IMG/VR virus record: IMGVR_UViG_3300029305_011999
Reading direction: 5' to 3' (one strand)
Origin: an uncultured virus (IMG/VR IMGVR_UViG_3300029305_011999)
Lineage: Duplodnaviria; Heunggongvirae; Uroviricota; Caudoviricetes
DNA: 64,000 nt
Below are positions 38,243 to 46,982 of this stretch, in pieces. A model generated the notes under the pieces. That model had not been told where the DNA came from, made no database searches, and was given only the letters and a program-made list of their open reading frames with translations. Positions within the stretch are counted from its first letter, which is position 1; each line of letters opens with the position of its first letter. The translations under genes and the position numbers were made by a program.

Positions 38243-38616
38243 AACTTCAAAAATTTTTTTCTTGCCTGCTGTATGCTGTCCTCAATCGCTCTATGGTGTA
38301 CGTTTTCTAAATCAGCGATTTCTCTAACAGACAAACCCTTTGATAACAGAAGAATTCTTTTCTTTTGAATGTCTGTAAGTTTTGAATATGCATTGCGTAC
38401 CCTTTCTCGCAGTTCTTCTGGGAAATCTTCTGCAGAATCCTTTGCTGCATATTCAAGCCCTTCAAAATCAATAGCGTCGAGAGAGTAACAGTGATAACGT
38501 TGCTTCTCGTCCTGTGCGTGTTCTGCCTTGCGGCTGTCGATGATGACCGCACCGACTTCTTCGGTAACCTCGACCTCTGTTTTTGTTCCGTCTGCGAATT
38601 CGTACTTAATTTTCAT
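38236..38616 (-). CDS. Sigma-70 region 4-like regulator
   Basis: LTDIQKKRILL..KGLSVREIADLENV HTH; GGAAAGGA RBS before the ATG at 38616. Confidence 0.8.
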   Translation of the reverse strand: MKIKYEFADGTKTEVEVTEEVGAVIIDSRKAEHAQDEKQRYHCYSLDAIDFEGLEYAAKDSAEDFPEELRERVRNAYSKLTDIQKKRILLLSKGLSVREIADLENVHHRAIEDSIQQARKKFLKFF

Positions 38617-38620
38617 TTGA

Positions 38621-38909
38621 TTGTCCTTTCCGCCTGAAGGACGCACCTGGGGCAAAAGGACAAAATAAAGGTCGGCGCAAACAGTACACCGACCCATGAC
38701 ACCTGAAAAAGGGCGCAAAAAGGTAAGGGTACTGAATTTGGCTAAAAATTCTCCTTGTAGAGAACGTTGCCTTTATTCGTATCCTTTGCCCTTAATGCAT
38801 ATCAGGCATTTAGATATTTATTTTTATGGGGAACCTTCCCCTTGGGAACTAAATAAAAAAGGCCACCGACAAGATAGAGTTATCGTGTAACTCTTCCTTG
38901 CCGGTGGCC
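38621..38909 (-). promoter_or_regulatory. Structured leader/attenuator upstream of the sigma-like gene
   Basis: SD-sequestering stem (38621-38663), terminator stem + U-run (38662-38694), long stem GGCCACCG...CGGTGGCC + U-run (38851-38909). Confidence 0.6.
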
Positions 38910-39020
38910 TCTCATGTAATATATCTGGCTTAACCATCCGGTTAACTAAGCATATGACCTGGAGATGGGATTACGCAGCCTATTTCATCTCAACCATTCC
39001 GTCGTTATACCGTATTCAAT

Positions 39021-39257
39021 TTAGAATCTCACTCGTTCTGACATTCCGTGAGCATACAGCCAACTTTTGGCTTTTAGCACCAAATCTGCAGGTGCCGTTG
39101 TGGTATTACATATTCCTTTATAGATACCCGCCCAAAAGACGGTATCGTTCTTCGGTACTTTAATACCACGCTTCCGAAGGTACTTCTCAATTCGTTTACG
39201 ATCCAAACTGAAAAGGACCTCATCACGCTCTTTTACAAACTGCTGAATTCTATCCAT
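39021..39257 (-). CDS. Hypothetical protein
   Basis: GGAGG RBS, 78 aa. Confidence 0.65.
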   Translation of the reverse strand: MDRIQQFVKERDEVLFSLDRKRIEKYLRKRGIKVPKNDTVFWAGIYKGICNTTTAPADLVLKAKSWLYAHGMSERVRF

Positions 39258-39258
39258 A

Positions 39259-39474
39259 TCAGTAAATCCTCCCTTGTAAATCGTGTTCTTTATCACTTGG
39301 TGCATAGAGGTCAATCGTGTCATGGCGACGCCCCTTAATTGTTCTAACCATTACAACATGGCATTTTTTACATTCAGCCTTTATGTCGCCGTTTGCATTC
39401 TTAAACCCGGAAACAATGCCTCCACAGTTTGAACAATGCCATGATAATGGAACCCATTCGTCATGTTTTGCCAT
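39259..39474 (-). CDS. Small zinc-ribbon protein
   Basis: CSNC...CKKC; GAAGGAG upstream. Confidence 0.6.
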   Translation of the reverse strand: MAKHDEWVPLSWHCSNCGGIVSGFKNANGDIKAECKKCHVVMVRTIKGRRHDTIDLYAPSDKEHDLQGRIY

Positions 39475-39544
39475 TATCAAAACTATCTCCTTCGCTTGAA
39501 TACTTTGTACAGTCCATCCTCTCTGTACATAGAGCACCTTCTAT

Positions 39545-40165
39545 TTATAAGGCTTTAATAACGTGCTTCGCTACACCTTGTACAACAAGCTCTCTCACAC
39601 GAATCACTTTATTACGATACCTCCGTTTGTTTTCAAACTGCAACAGAGCGTAACCGGATTCCTCGTCAATTCCAGCAAAAGTCTTGAGCGTGTTTTCGTT
39701 CTTTTCATCCAGTGCAACTACAATATCTCCAACAGATGCGACTTGTTGTTTTTTGATGACAATAAGGTCTCCTTCGTCTATCCCTGCATCAACCATTGAA
39801 TCACCAACAGCCTTGAGAATATAAAATTCACCGCTGCCGAAGATTGATTCGGGGAGATTGACATATTCCTCGACATATTCCTCTTCTGCTTCAGGATCAC
39901 CGCAATGGATGCTTCCTACTATAGGGGCAGAAAAGTAGCCCGATGTACACTTATCGATTCGGGGCGTTTCGATTGTGTGTCCATCGTAGGAAATCATGCC
40001 TCGCTCATTCATTTCGACCAGGTAGCGATAGGCCGTTGTTTTCGCAACACCGACTCCGTTGGCAACCTCGCTAACTGAAGGAGAATACAGTTTAGCGCGG
40101 TAGAAGTCGCTGACAAAGGCACAGATTTCTTTCATCAATTCAGGACTTTTGGATCTCATAGTCAT
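39545..40165 (-). CDS. LexA-like S24 autoproteolytic repressor
   Basis: SPSVSEVA wHTH, Cys-Gly cleavage site (IHCG), GDSM catalytic Ser, TLK catalytic Lys. Confidence 0.9.
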   Translation of the reverse strand: MTMRSKSPELMKEICAFVSDFYRAKLYSPSVSEVANGVGVAKTTAYRYLVEMNERGMISYDGHTIETPRIDKCTSGYFSAPIVGSIHCGDPEAEEEYVEEYVNLPESIFGSGEFYILKAVGDSMVDAGIDEGDLIVIKKQQVASVGDIVVALDEKNENTLKTFAGIDEESGYALLQFENKRRYRNKVIRVRELVVQGVAKHVIKAL

Positions 40166-40182
40166 CTCTCACTTTCTAACAG

Positions 40183-40234
40183 GAACGCATCGTTCTTGAT
40201 AACTTAATTATACACGGATTTGCGAGAATTGCAA
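40183..40234 (-). promoter_or_regulatory. Promoter of the LexA-like gene with downstream palindrome
   Basis: TTGCAA-16 bp-TATAAT (40234-40207); GAACG-cat-CGTTC at 40183-40195. Confidence 0.6.
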
Positions 40235-40258
40235 TAGGGTTCATACAAATGACAAAAT

Positions 40259-40378
40259 AGGTGATAGTTGTAACCATCACCTGGGATGTTTTTGGGTAAT
40301 TTGGGAGGTGATTGAATGCCTCTTGATGATATAATGAAACTATCCCGTCCCAAGAGGTGATGGCTTAACACATCACCT
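40259..40378. promoter_or_regulatory. Two 24-bp palindromes AGGTGAT-N10-ATCACCT flanking an extended -10
   Basis: Copies at 40259-40282 and 40355-40378, half-site at 40306, TGaTATAAT at 40327-40335. Confidence 0.75.
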
Positions 40379-40412
40379 ATATTCAAAATTCGCGACGTTT
40401 TTTTGAAAACCA

Positions 40413-40441
40413 TTGAAATCCGACAGAAAATGTGATATACT
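40413..40441 (+). promoter_or_regulatory. Sigma-A promoter for xre-WYL
   Basis: TTGAAA-17 bp-TATACT with TG extension. Confidence 0.7.
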
Positions 40442-40503
40442 GTATTTTGTATTCGTATATCCGCACTGACGGGGTGCAATATACATCGCATAGGAGGATT
40501 AAA

Positions 40504-40707
40504 ATGACTGTCAAGTATGATAAGCTGTGGACTTTAATGAAGCAGAACAAGATGAAAAAAAGCGAATTAGCCAAGGCTGCAGAGATATCTCAATACGCAA
40601 TGACAAAGTTAAATAAAAACCAACCCGTGCCTATGGATATCATGTTAAGACTTTGTAAGATATTCCACTGTGACATTGGAGACTTGATGGAAGTCATCGA
40701 AGACTAA
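40504..40707 (+). CDS. Xre/Cro-like HTH regulator (HTH_26)
   Basis: VKYDKLW...KSELAKAAEIS...CDIGDLME; AGGAGG RBS. Confidence 0.9.
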   Translation: MTVKYDKLWTLMKQNKMKKSELAKAAEISQYAMTKLNKNQPVPMDIMLRLCKIFHCDIGDLMEVIED

Positions 40708-40742
40708 ACCATTTAAAATTAAACCGTAATTGAGGTGACCTT

Positions 40743-41723
40743 ATGGATAACGAAGCAAAGTTAAGGCCATTATACCTTGCTAAAATACTTTATGAGCAAA
40801 CCGATGAGGACCATTATTTAACGACCGCTCAACTGATGCAAATTCTTGAAGAGCGTTACGGAATTAAGTCCCATCGTCAAACCATAAAGGCTGAAATAGA
40901 ATTATTGCGTCAGTTTGGCCTTGAGATTGAAGAGGTCAAATCAACGCAGAACAGATATAACGTTTTCGGCCGCAAGTTTGATTTGCCGGAGTTGAAGCTT
41001 TTGATTGACGCTGTTGAATCGTCAAAGTTCATCACGCAATCGAAAAGCAAAGAACTGGTTAGCAAACTGATCACACTCACGAGTGAACCTTTGGCTGTTT
41101 CAATCAAAAGAAATGTTACCTGCGAAGGACGCATCAAGCCGGACAACGAGAAAATCTACTTCATAGTTGATGCCATCAACCAGGCAATCAATGAAAACAA
41201 GAAGATATCGTTCCACTACTTCCATTACAACGTGCGAAAAGAAAAAAAACTCAAGCACAATGGAGAGCCGTATACAATCACCCCTCTCCATTTGATATGG
41301 AACGGTGACTACTACTATCTTGTAGGTGTTTACGATTACAAGCAACGCCTCGGTAGTTTTAGAGTTGATAGAATTGCGAAATGTCCGACCATTTTGAAAG
41401 AGGAAGGAACTCCTCCACCAAACGGGTTTGACATCAACGACTATGTCAATACGACATTCCGTATGTATAACAGCAAACACGAGGAAGTTGAGCTTATCTG
41501 CGATAACGATGTTATGGATGCAATCATCGACCGCTTTGGAGAAGATGTTACTACATACGCAAACGATATGAAATCCTTCCGTGTTGTAGCCGATGTAGCT
41601 GTGAGTCATATATTCTATAGCTGGGTATTTGGCTTCGGCGGGAAGGTAAAGATTAAAGGTCCAGAAAACATAAAAGAAAAGTACACCGAGATGTTGCGGT
41701 CAGCAATCAGTGCAATCGAGTAA
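40743..41723 (+). CDS. WYL-domain transcriptional regulator (wHTH-WYL-WCX)
   Basis: N-terminal wHTH; ITPLHLIWNGDYYYLVG, SFRVDRI; C-terminal FYSWVFGFGGKVKIKGP. Confidence 0.92.
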   Translation: MDNEAKLRPLYLAKILYEQTDEDHYLTTAQLMQILEERYGIKSHRQTIKAEIELLRQFGLEIEEVKSTQNRYNVFGRKFDLPELKLLIDAVESSKFITQSKSKELVSKLITLTSEPLAVSIKRNVTCEGRIKPDNEKIYFIVDAINQAINENKKISFHYFHYNVRKEKKLKHNGEPYTITPLHLIWNGDYYYLVGVYDYKQRLGSFRVDRIAKCPTILKEEGTPPPNGFDINDYVNTTFRMYNSKHEEVELICDNDVMDAIIDRFGEDVTTYANDMKSFRVVADVAVSHIFYSWVFGFGGKVKIKGPENIKEKYTEMLRSAISAIE

Positions 41724-41818
41724 TCATTAATCTTTTGAAAGAACTACGTCGAATTTTGACATAACACTAAATTATATGAAACACGTATGCAAATCGGCAA
41801 TATAACGGAGGAATAACT

Positions 41819-43339
41819 ATGGCTGAAGAAACTGTGCAGGTCGGTAAATATACACTTGAATCCCTAACTACGGGTATGTACTCCGACCCTAAAATTGTTT
41901 ATAGAGAGTATATCCAGAACAGCGTGGACTCCCTGGAAAACGCTGTTTCTGTTGGTTTGATAGAACCGCAAAGTATGCGGATTGATATTATTGTCAACGC
42001 CGAGGAATCTTTTATCTCTATCAAGGACAACGGAACCGGTATTCCTGCTGCCGATGCAGCAAAGACACTTATGAACGTTGGCAGCTCAAAGAAGCGGAAC
42101 TCTAATAATAGAGGTTTCCGCGGAATCGGTCGTCTTGGTGGTATGAGCTATTGTGACACCCTTGTTTTTACAACGTCTGCCGAGCACGAAAAAGTAAAAA
42201 CCGTTGTTACATTTGATTGCAAGAGGTTGAGACATCTTCTCGTTCCTGGCAAATATGAGGATATGAGCTTATCTGCTGTCCTTGAAGAAATAACCACTAT
42301 AGATACACTTCCAGAAAAAGAAGAAAAGCACTATCTTTGTGTTGAAATGAAAGACGTTAATGGCTTTTCTGACTTGCTGGATATTGATGCTGCTAAGAGC
42401 TACATATCGCAGGTTGCACCGCTTCCGTATCACTCAAGACATTTTATTTATACTTCCCAGCTCAAAGAGTATCTTACAAGCAACGGCTATTCTGTTGAGG
42501 AGTTCCCGATATTTGTTGGTGAAGATGATGCAGACTTAGAGCCTGTGTACAAACCGAACAAGAGCAGATTTAGGTCTGACAGAGCAAAAAGAACCGCCGA
42601 TGAAATCACAAGTATGTCGTACTTTGATATTACAATCGACGGAGAGTTGTATGCACTTGGTTGGTACGGAAACTGTGGATGGTACGGCTTCTTGTCAGAT
42701 AAAGAGCTGTCTGGCTTCCGTGTAAGGAAAGGTAATATCCTTATCGGTGATAGCAAGACAATGAATGTCATTTTCAAAGAAGCTCGTTTCAACGGGTGGA
42801 CACAAGGTGAAATTTTCATTGTAACAGACAAGCTCATACCTAACGCTCGTAGAGATGATTTTGAACAGAACGATGCTTACTACAAGCTGATTCAAGCATT
42901 GAGTGATGGCGTTGGCTTGGAAATTGCTCGTACTATCAGAGAGGCATCCCTAACGAGAAATAATCCGAACTCCAAGGCGTTGCGTGAGGTGGAAAAGAAG
43001 CTCGCAGAGGCTTCCATGGCGGTTTCTGAAGGCTTCAATTCAACGGTGGATAAGGAAAAACTCATTACTACTTTAACGGATACCGCCGCTTCGCTTGCGG
43101 GGTTAAAGGTTGGCGATGACCTTTCTGCGAAAAAGCAGGAACTTCAAGAAAAGGTTGAAACAGCTATTGAAGAAGTTACCGAAAGCAAAAACTTTAAGAT
43201 AAATCAAATCAACTCCGGTATTGATAAAAAGAGTAAGCAAGTCCTAAAGGTTGTAAGCGACATCCTTTCAAGAAAGCTCGCCAAGGTGCTTGTGGATGAA
43301 ATCATTGAGGACATTGTATCGGAGCTAAATAGAAAGTAG
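41819..43339 (+). CDS. GHKL (Hsp90/MORC-like) ATPase, copy 1
   Basis: REYIQNSVD, DNGTGI, GFRGIGRL; transducer region RVRKGNILIG, LIPNARRDDFE; helical C-terminus. Confidence 0.88.
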   Translation: MAEETVQVGKYTLESLTTGMYSDPKIVYREYIQNSVDSLENAVSVGLIEPQSMRIDIIVNAEESFISIKDNGTGIPAADAAKTLMNVGSSKKRNSNNRGFRGIGRLGGMSYCDTLVFTTSAEHEKVKTVVTFDCKRLRHLLVPGKYEDMSLSAVLEEITTIDTLPEKEEKHYLCVEMKDVNGFSDLLDIDAAKSYISQVAPLPYHSRHFIYTSQLKEYLTSNGYSVEEFPIFVGEDDADLEPVYKPNKSRFRSDRAKRTADEITSMSYFDITIDGELYALGWYGNCGWYGFLSDKELSGFRVRKGNILIGDSKTMNVIFKEARFNGWTQGEIFIVTDKLIPNARRDDFEQNDAYYKLIQALSDGVGLEIARTIREASLTRNNPNSKALREVEKKLAEASMAVSEGFNSTVDKEKLITTLTDTAASLAGLKVGDDLSAKKQELQEKVETAIEEVTESKNFKINQINSGIDKKSKQVLKVVSDILSRKLAKVLVDEIIEDIVSELNRK

Positions 43340-43346
43340 GTCTATT

Positions 43347-45314
43347 ATGGAAATTCTCCCTTCTGAATATCAAAGCATAGAACTTTCGAGATACGAGAAA
43401 ATGTTTGTGCGCCACGCTATTTCCAATGATAGTTATGGCTTTCTTTTGCTGAAAGTAAATCCGACGATGATTGAAAACGAAAGTATGAATGTTGCGATTA
43501 CTTCCAGAGGGGTAGTATTTTTCAAGTTCTTTGAGGATTTTTCAGATTCTTCTCTCTTTGGGACAACGATGCAGGCGTATGCCCAATTCGTGTATCCTAC
43601 CGCACAGAAAATCATCGCTGAAAAGCTGCTTGGAAACAAATCCATTTCCGAAAATGGCACGACTCTTAAATTCCCCATCAACATTGTCCACGTATTCCCC
43701 AGTCTCAAAAGGGCTGATATTGAAAAGTTGAATTTGGCTGCTATTACAGATTTCGTAAAGAAGCAATGTCTTTTTGCAGAAGAATTTTCTGAACTGAGAC
43801 AGGGCTTTGGAAGCGTAATGGACAGATTGCTGGATAATTCTCTTTTGCCTGTGTCCGCAACACCGATGCAGATTTCAGATATGAATGTAAACTCCGTTAT
43901 GCAGAGAATCGCACCGGAGTATGTTACCGTCCGTGTCGCTTGTGTTGCTAACGCAGAAACGACTCCCGGAGTTGATAGCGAACTTCTTGTGGTCGATGAA
44001 AATGACGTTGTTGTAAGAGCCTTCCGATTGGATAAGGAACAAATCAATATTGTCAATCGTATCAGTAAGGATGACCCTAACCAGTTGATTTTGGCTTGTG
44101 CCGGTTCGGGTAAGAGTGTTCTCCTCATATCCAAGTGTTTTAAGGCTGCACAGATGAACCCCAATAAGAAGTTCTTAATAACCTGCCGAAACGAGAACTT
44201 ACATTCCTTGTACACTTGGTTCATCGACCGTGCCGGTCTCCGTGAGAAAAATGTGGAGTGTATGACATTCCATACCCTTTGCAAGAAACTCCTTGAAAAG
44301 AACGGCTTTATCGCCAGATATGGAGACTTCGATGGGTGGGTTGCTTCTGCGATTGATAAATTGAACCAAGGCAAAATCCAGGAGCGTTACTACGGTATTT
44401 TCATTGATGAAGTTCAAGCCTTTGAGCCAGAGTGGTATAAATTCTGCTTTAATATGCTTGAAAACAAGGACACAAAAGACCACATCTTTGTTATCTGCGG
44501 CGATAAGACCCAGCGTTTGGATAAGTTGAAAAAGCGTGGTCAAGCTCCTTGGCAGGTTGGCGAAGGCTATCCGAGTTATAGAGGCGGTAATAAGAACATT
44601 CGCATTGAAAAGAATTACCGCAACTGTATCGAAATCAACGAATACATAAACAGATATGTCTCCAATGCCAAGCAATATCTATATGATATTCAAGAGGATT
44701 ACGAGATTGACCCCGATATGTTCCTACGAGGACAAGCTGTTTTCCACGGCGAAGGAGTGAAATATATTCAGTTGCCTATTAAAAAGGCAAGTTGCGAAAT
44801 TGATACCATTATTCAAGCCATCAACAAGATACACGACGAGAACGAAATCCCGTATGATGAAATCGCCGTAATTATGTATCAAGGGAAGTACAGGAAAAAA
44901 ATCACAGGGTGGCTTGATAAGCAATATTATCTGCAACAGTCATTAGAAACGCGATTGCTTGCAGAGGACATCCCAAGCTGTCGCCTGTTTTCAACTGAGG
45001 CAGGTTGGCAAGACCACTTTGGAGAAACTGGTGGTGTACGACTCATAAAATTCCAATCAACACTTGGATTGGATTTCCGTGCCGCTATAATTTGTGGTTT
45101 GGTTCCTTTAGGGGAATATGACCAAATAAAGAATCCAAACTGGGACTCATTAAGGCAGGATGAAGATAAATATAATAACGCCATTGCCGCAACACAAAGT
45201 GCTGTTCAAAATCTCTATGTCGCTTGCACCAGAGCAAAGGAGATGTTATATATCATTGCTCCAGAAACGGAAAACGAATCAGTATTTATGAAAATGTTAA
45301 AAAATTCAATCTAA
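43347..45314 (+). CDS. SF1 (UvrD-like) helicase with long N-terminal domain
   Basis: ACAGSGKS, IFIDEVQ, GDKTQ, NYRN, GLDF, LYVACTRA. Confidence 0.88.
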   Translation: MEILPSEYQSIELSRYEKMFVRHAISNDSYGFLLLKVNPTMIENESMNVAITSRGVVFFKFFEDFSDSSLFGTTMQAYAQFVYPTAQKIIAEKLLGNKSISENGTTLKFPINIVHVFPSLKRADIEKLNLAAITDFVKKQCLFAEEFSELRQGFGSVMDRLLDNSLLPVSATPMQISDMNVNSVMQRIAPEYVTVRVACVANAETTPGVDSELLVVDENDVVVRAFRLDKEQINIVNRISKDDPNQLILACAGSGKSVLLISKCFKAAQMNPNKKFLITCRNENLHSLYTWFIDRAGLREKNVECMTFHTLCKKLLEKNGFIARYGDFDGWVASAIDKLNQGKIQERYYGIFIDEVQAFEPEWYKFCFNMLENKDTKDHIFVICGDKTQRLDKLKKRGQAPWQVGEGYPSYRGGNKNIRIEKNYRNCIEINEYINRYVSNAKQYLYDIQEDYEIDPDMFLRGQAVFHGEGVKYIQLPIKKASCEIDTIIQAINKIHDENEIPYDEIAVIMYQGKYRKKITGWLDKQYYLQQSLETRLLAEDIPSCRLFSTEAGWQDHFGETGGVRLIKFQSTLGLDFRAAIICGLVPLGEYDQIKNPNWDSLRQDEDKYNNAIAATQSAVQNLYVACTRAKEMLYIIAPETENESVFMKMLKNSI

Positions 45315-45332
45315 CAAGAAAGGTAGGCAGTT

Positions 45333-46958
45333 ATGGAACTCAAAGAAAATATAACAAAATTCACACATATGAGTATGCCTTCCTGGGGAGTAGGAACCTA
45401 TATAGGTTCTGAAGGGGATTACATTACAATTGATTTTGAAAATGTTGGTGTTAAGAAGTTTGGAAAAAATAGCATTAATACTATGTTAAAAGTTTTGGAT
45501 GACCCAAATACTCAGAAGCAAGCAACTACGCAACCCTCTACTGTTTATGTTCCGGTCAGCACACAAACCGGGTCCCTTATTCAGTATGACGGAGAAGAGG
45601 GCGGTATTGCGGGAAAAAATATAATAGAAGCGTTTGAAGGCAATGACTCTGTCATCTTTAACGAAACGTATATCATCATCGGTGAGCATACAGAAGCGTT
45701 GAAAATCCACGCTATGTACGACCTCACGATTATGGGGGATGTTACGGTTCAAGAATGTGTCATCAACGGTTCATTGACCATAATAGGCACCGCGCGTATT
45801 GCTAATTTAACTTGTTATAATGGGTTTATTTGCAAAGGAGATTTGTATTCTGACAAAATATATGTTGGTGGTGACATTATAGTTGACTCTATCGTATGTA
45901 ATGAATTGATTTGCGATAGCAATGTCACCATTCAGACAACCGCAAACATTAATCATACCGCAAAAATTGGAAAGAATATGGTAGCTTGCGAGGGCATTAT
46001 GGGTGCGGGTAAATTTTCCGCAACAAACGCTATTGCCAACGAATATTTTGAGTTTGACGGAGATTATGAGGGTAAAATACTTGAATTAGAGACGGATAAT
46101 ATCATCAGCGATTCTGCCCCTGTAAAAGTCGTGGCCGTGGAGACTATTGAAGAAATTATCAACCTGGCGAACCAAAAGCTCGTAGAAGAATATGGCAAAT
46201 GTCCTTCCTTAGACGAAGAAGCAATTATTGAGCATCTGCGTAATCTTGGCGCTATCGAAAGTGAGGAACTTCGAAACCTTCCGATAATTGAACCGTTGTT
46301 TTCAAGGCTTACCGACCTCTCCTATCAAGATAAAATAGAAACCATCGAAGAGTACCTAACCGTTCTTGTGGCACAGAGAGTTTTGCCGAGCGAAGTGTTC
46401 TCGTATGAGTCCATTGACCACATCGGTAAATTGTTTCTTCCGAAAGTGCAGAACGAAATGGAAGAATTATCTTTTGAGCCGACGTCCATTGGACAGTTTG
46501 CTAATGTTCTTTCTATGGCTGTACGGTTTGAAGAGGATCTCTCTCCAGATTGGGAATTGCTGATGGATAAAATATTTGAATCTGTCGGTCTCAAATATTC
46601 TACGGTTAGCTCTATGATTGGCAGAAACAAGCACAAAAAATCTGCAGAACCAGTAGTTGATGATGGATCTGAAGTGAAAATTGTAAGCGCTGATGAGCAA
46701 CAAGAACTTGCACCAGTCGTTTCTCGCATAAAAAAAGCTGATTTCCTTGCGAAGAAACTCAGCCATACTGGGAAGAAGTTTGGTTTAACGGATGTTGAGC
46801 TTGAACGCTTGGCAACTATTAAAATTCGTACATTTGACGACTTGGCGAAAGCCTCTGATGCTACCTTGACAAAGGTGTTTGGCAAAAAGTCTTTCTTGGC
46901 AAGTCATTTGATACAAACAAGAGATAAGATTATCGAAAGATTGGCGGATATGGAATAA
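45333..46958 (+). CDS. Unknown multidomain protein (Tudor-like N-terminus, beta-helix repeats, HhH/alphaCTD-like C-terminus)
   Basis: 541-aa ORF tightly inside the operon; domain guesses made by eye. Confidence 0.6.
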   Translation: MELKENITKFTHMSMPSWGVGTYIGSEGDYITIDFENVGVKKFGKNSINTMLKVLDDPNTQKQATTQPSTVYVPVSTQTGSLIQYDGEEGGIAGKNIIEAFEGNDSVIFNETYIIIGEHTEALKIHAMYDLTIMGDVTVQECVINGSLTIIGTARIANLTCYNGFICKGDLYSDKIYVGGDIIVDSIVCNELICDSNVTIQTTANINHTAKIGKNMVACEGIMGAGKFSATNAIANEYFEFDGDYEGKILELETDNIISDSAPVKVVAVETIEEIINLANQKLVEEYGKCPSLDEEAIIEHLRNLGAIESEELRNLPIIEPLFSRLTDLSYQDKIETIEEYLTVLVAQRVLPSEVFSYESIDHIGKLFLPKVQNEMEELSFEPTSIGQFANVLSMAVRFEEDLSPDWELLMDKIFESVGLKYSTVSSMIGRNKHKKSAEPVVDDGSEVKIVSADEQQELAPVVSRIKKADFLAKKLSHTGKKFGLTDVELERLATIKIRTFDDLAKASDATLTKVFGKKSFLASHLIQTRDKIIERLADME

Positions 46959-46982
46959 CTAACCGCAAGTGAGGTGAATAAA

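Larger units (their letters stand above)
1..39474 (-). mobile_element. Prophage (long non-contractile tail, HK97-type head) integrated via large serine recombinases; right boundary not determined and may extend through the defence/accessory cargo
   Basis: Co-oriented modules in canonical order: replication, packaging, head, tail, lysis, recombinases. No att core could be identified by eye. Confidence 0.93.

Noticed and set aside
40183..40195. Canonical host SOS (Cheo) box
   Set aside because: Spacer is 5 nt rather than 4; kept only as a candidate private operator
41819..43339. Calling the GHKL proteins HtpG chaperones or histidine kinases
   Set aside because: They lack HtpG signature and length and any His-phosphoacceptor or sensor domain; the context is nucleic-acid enzymes
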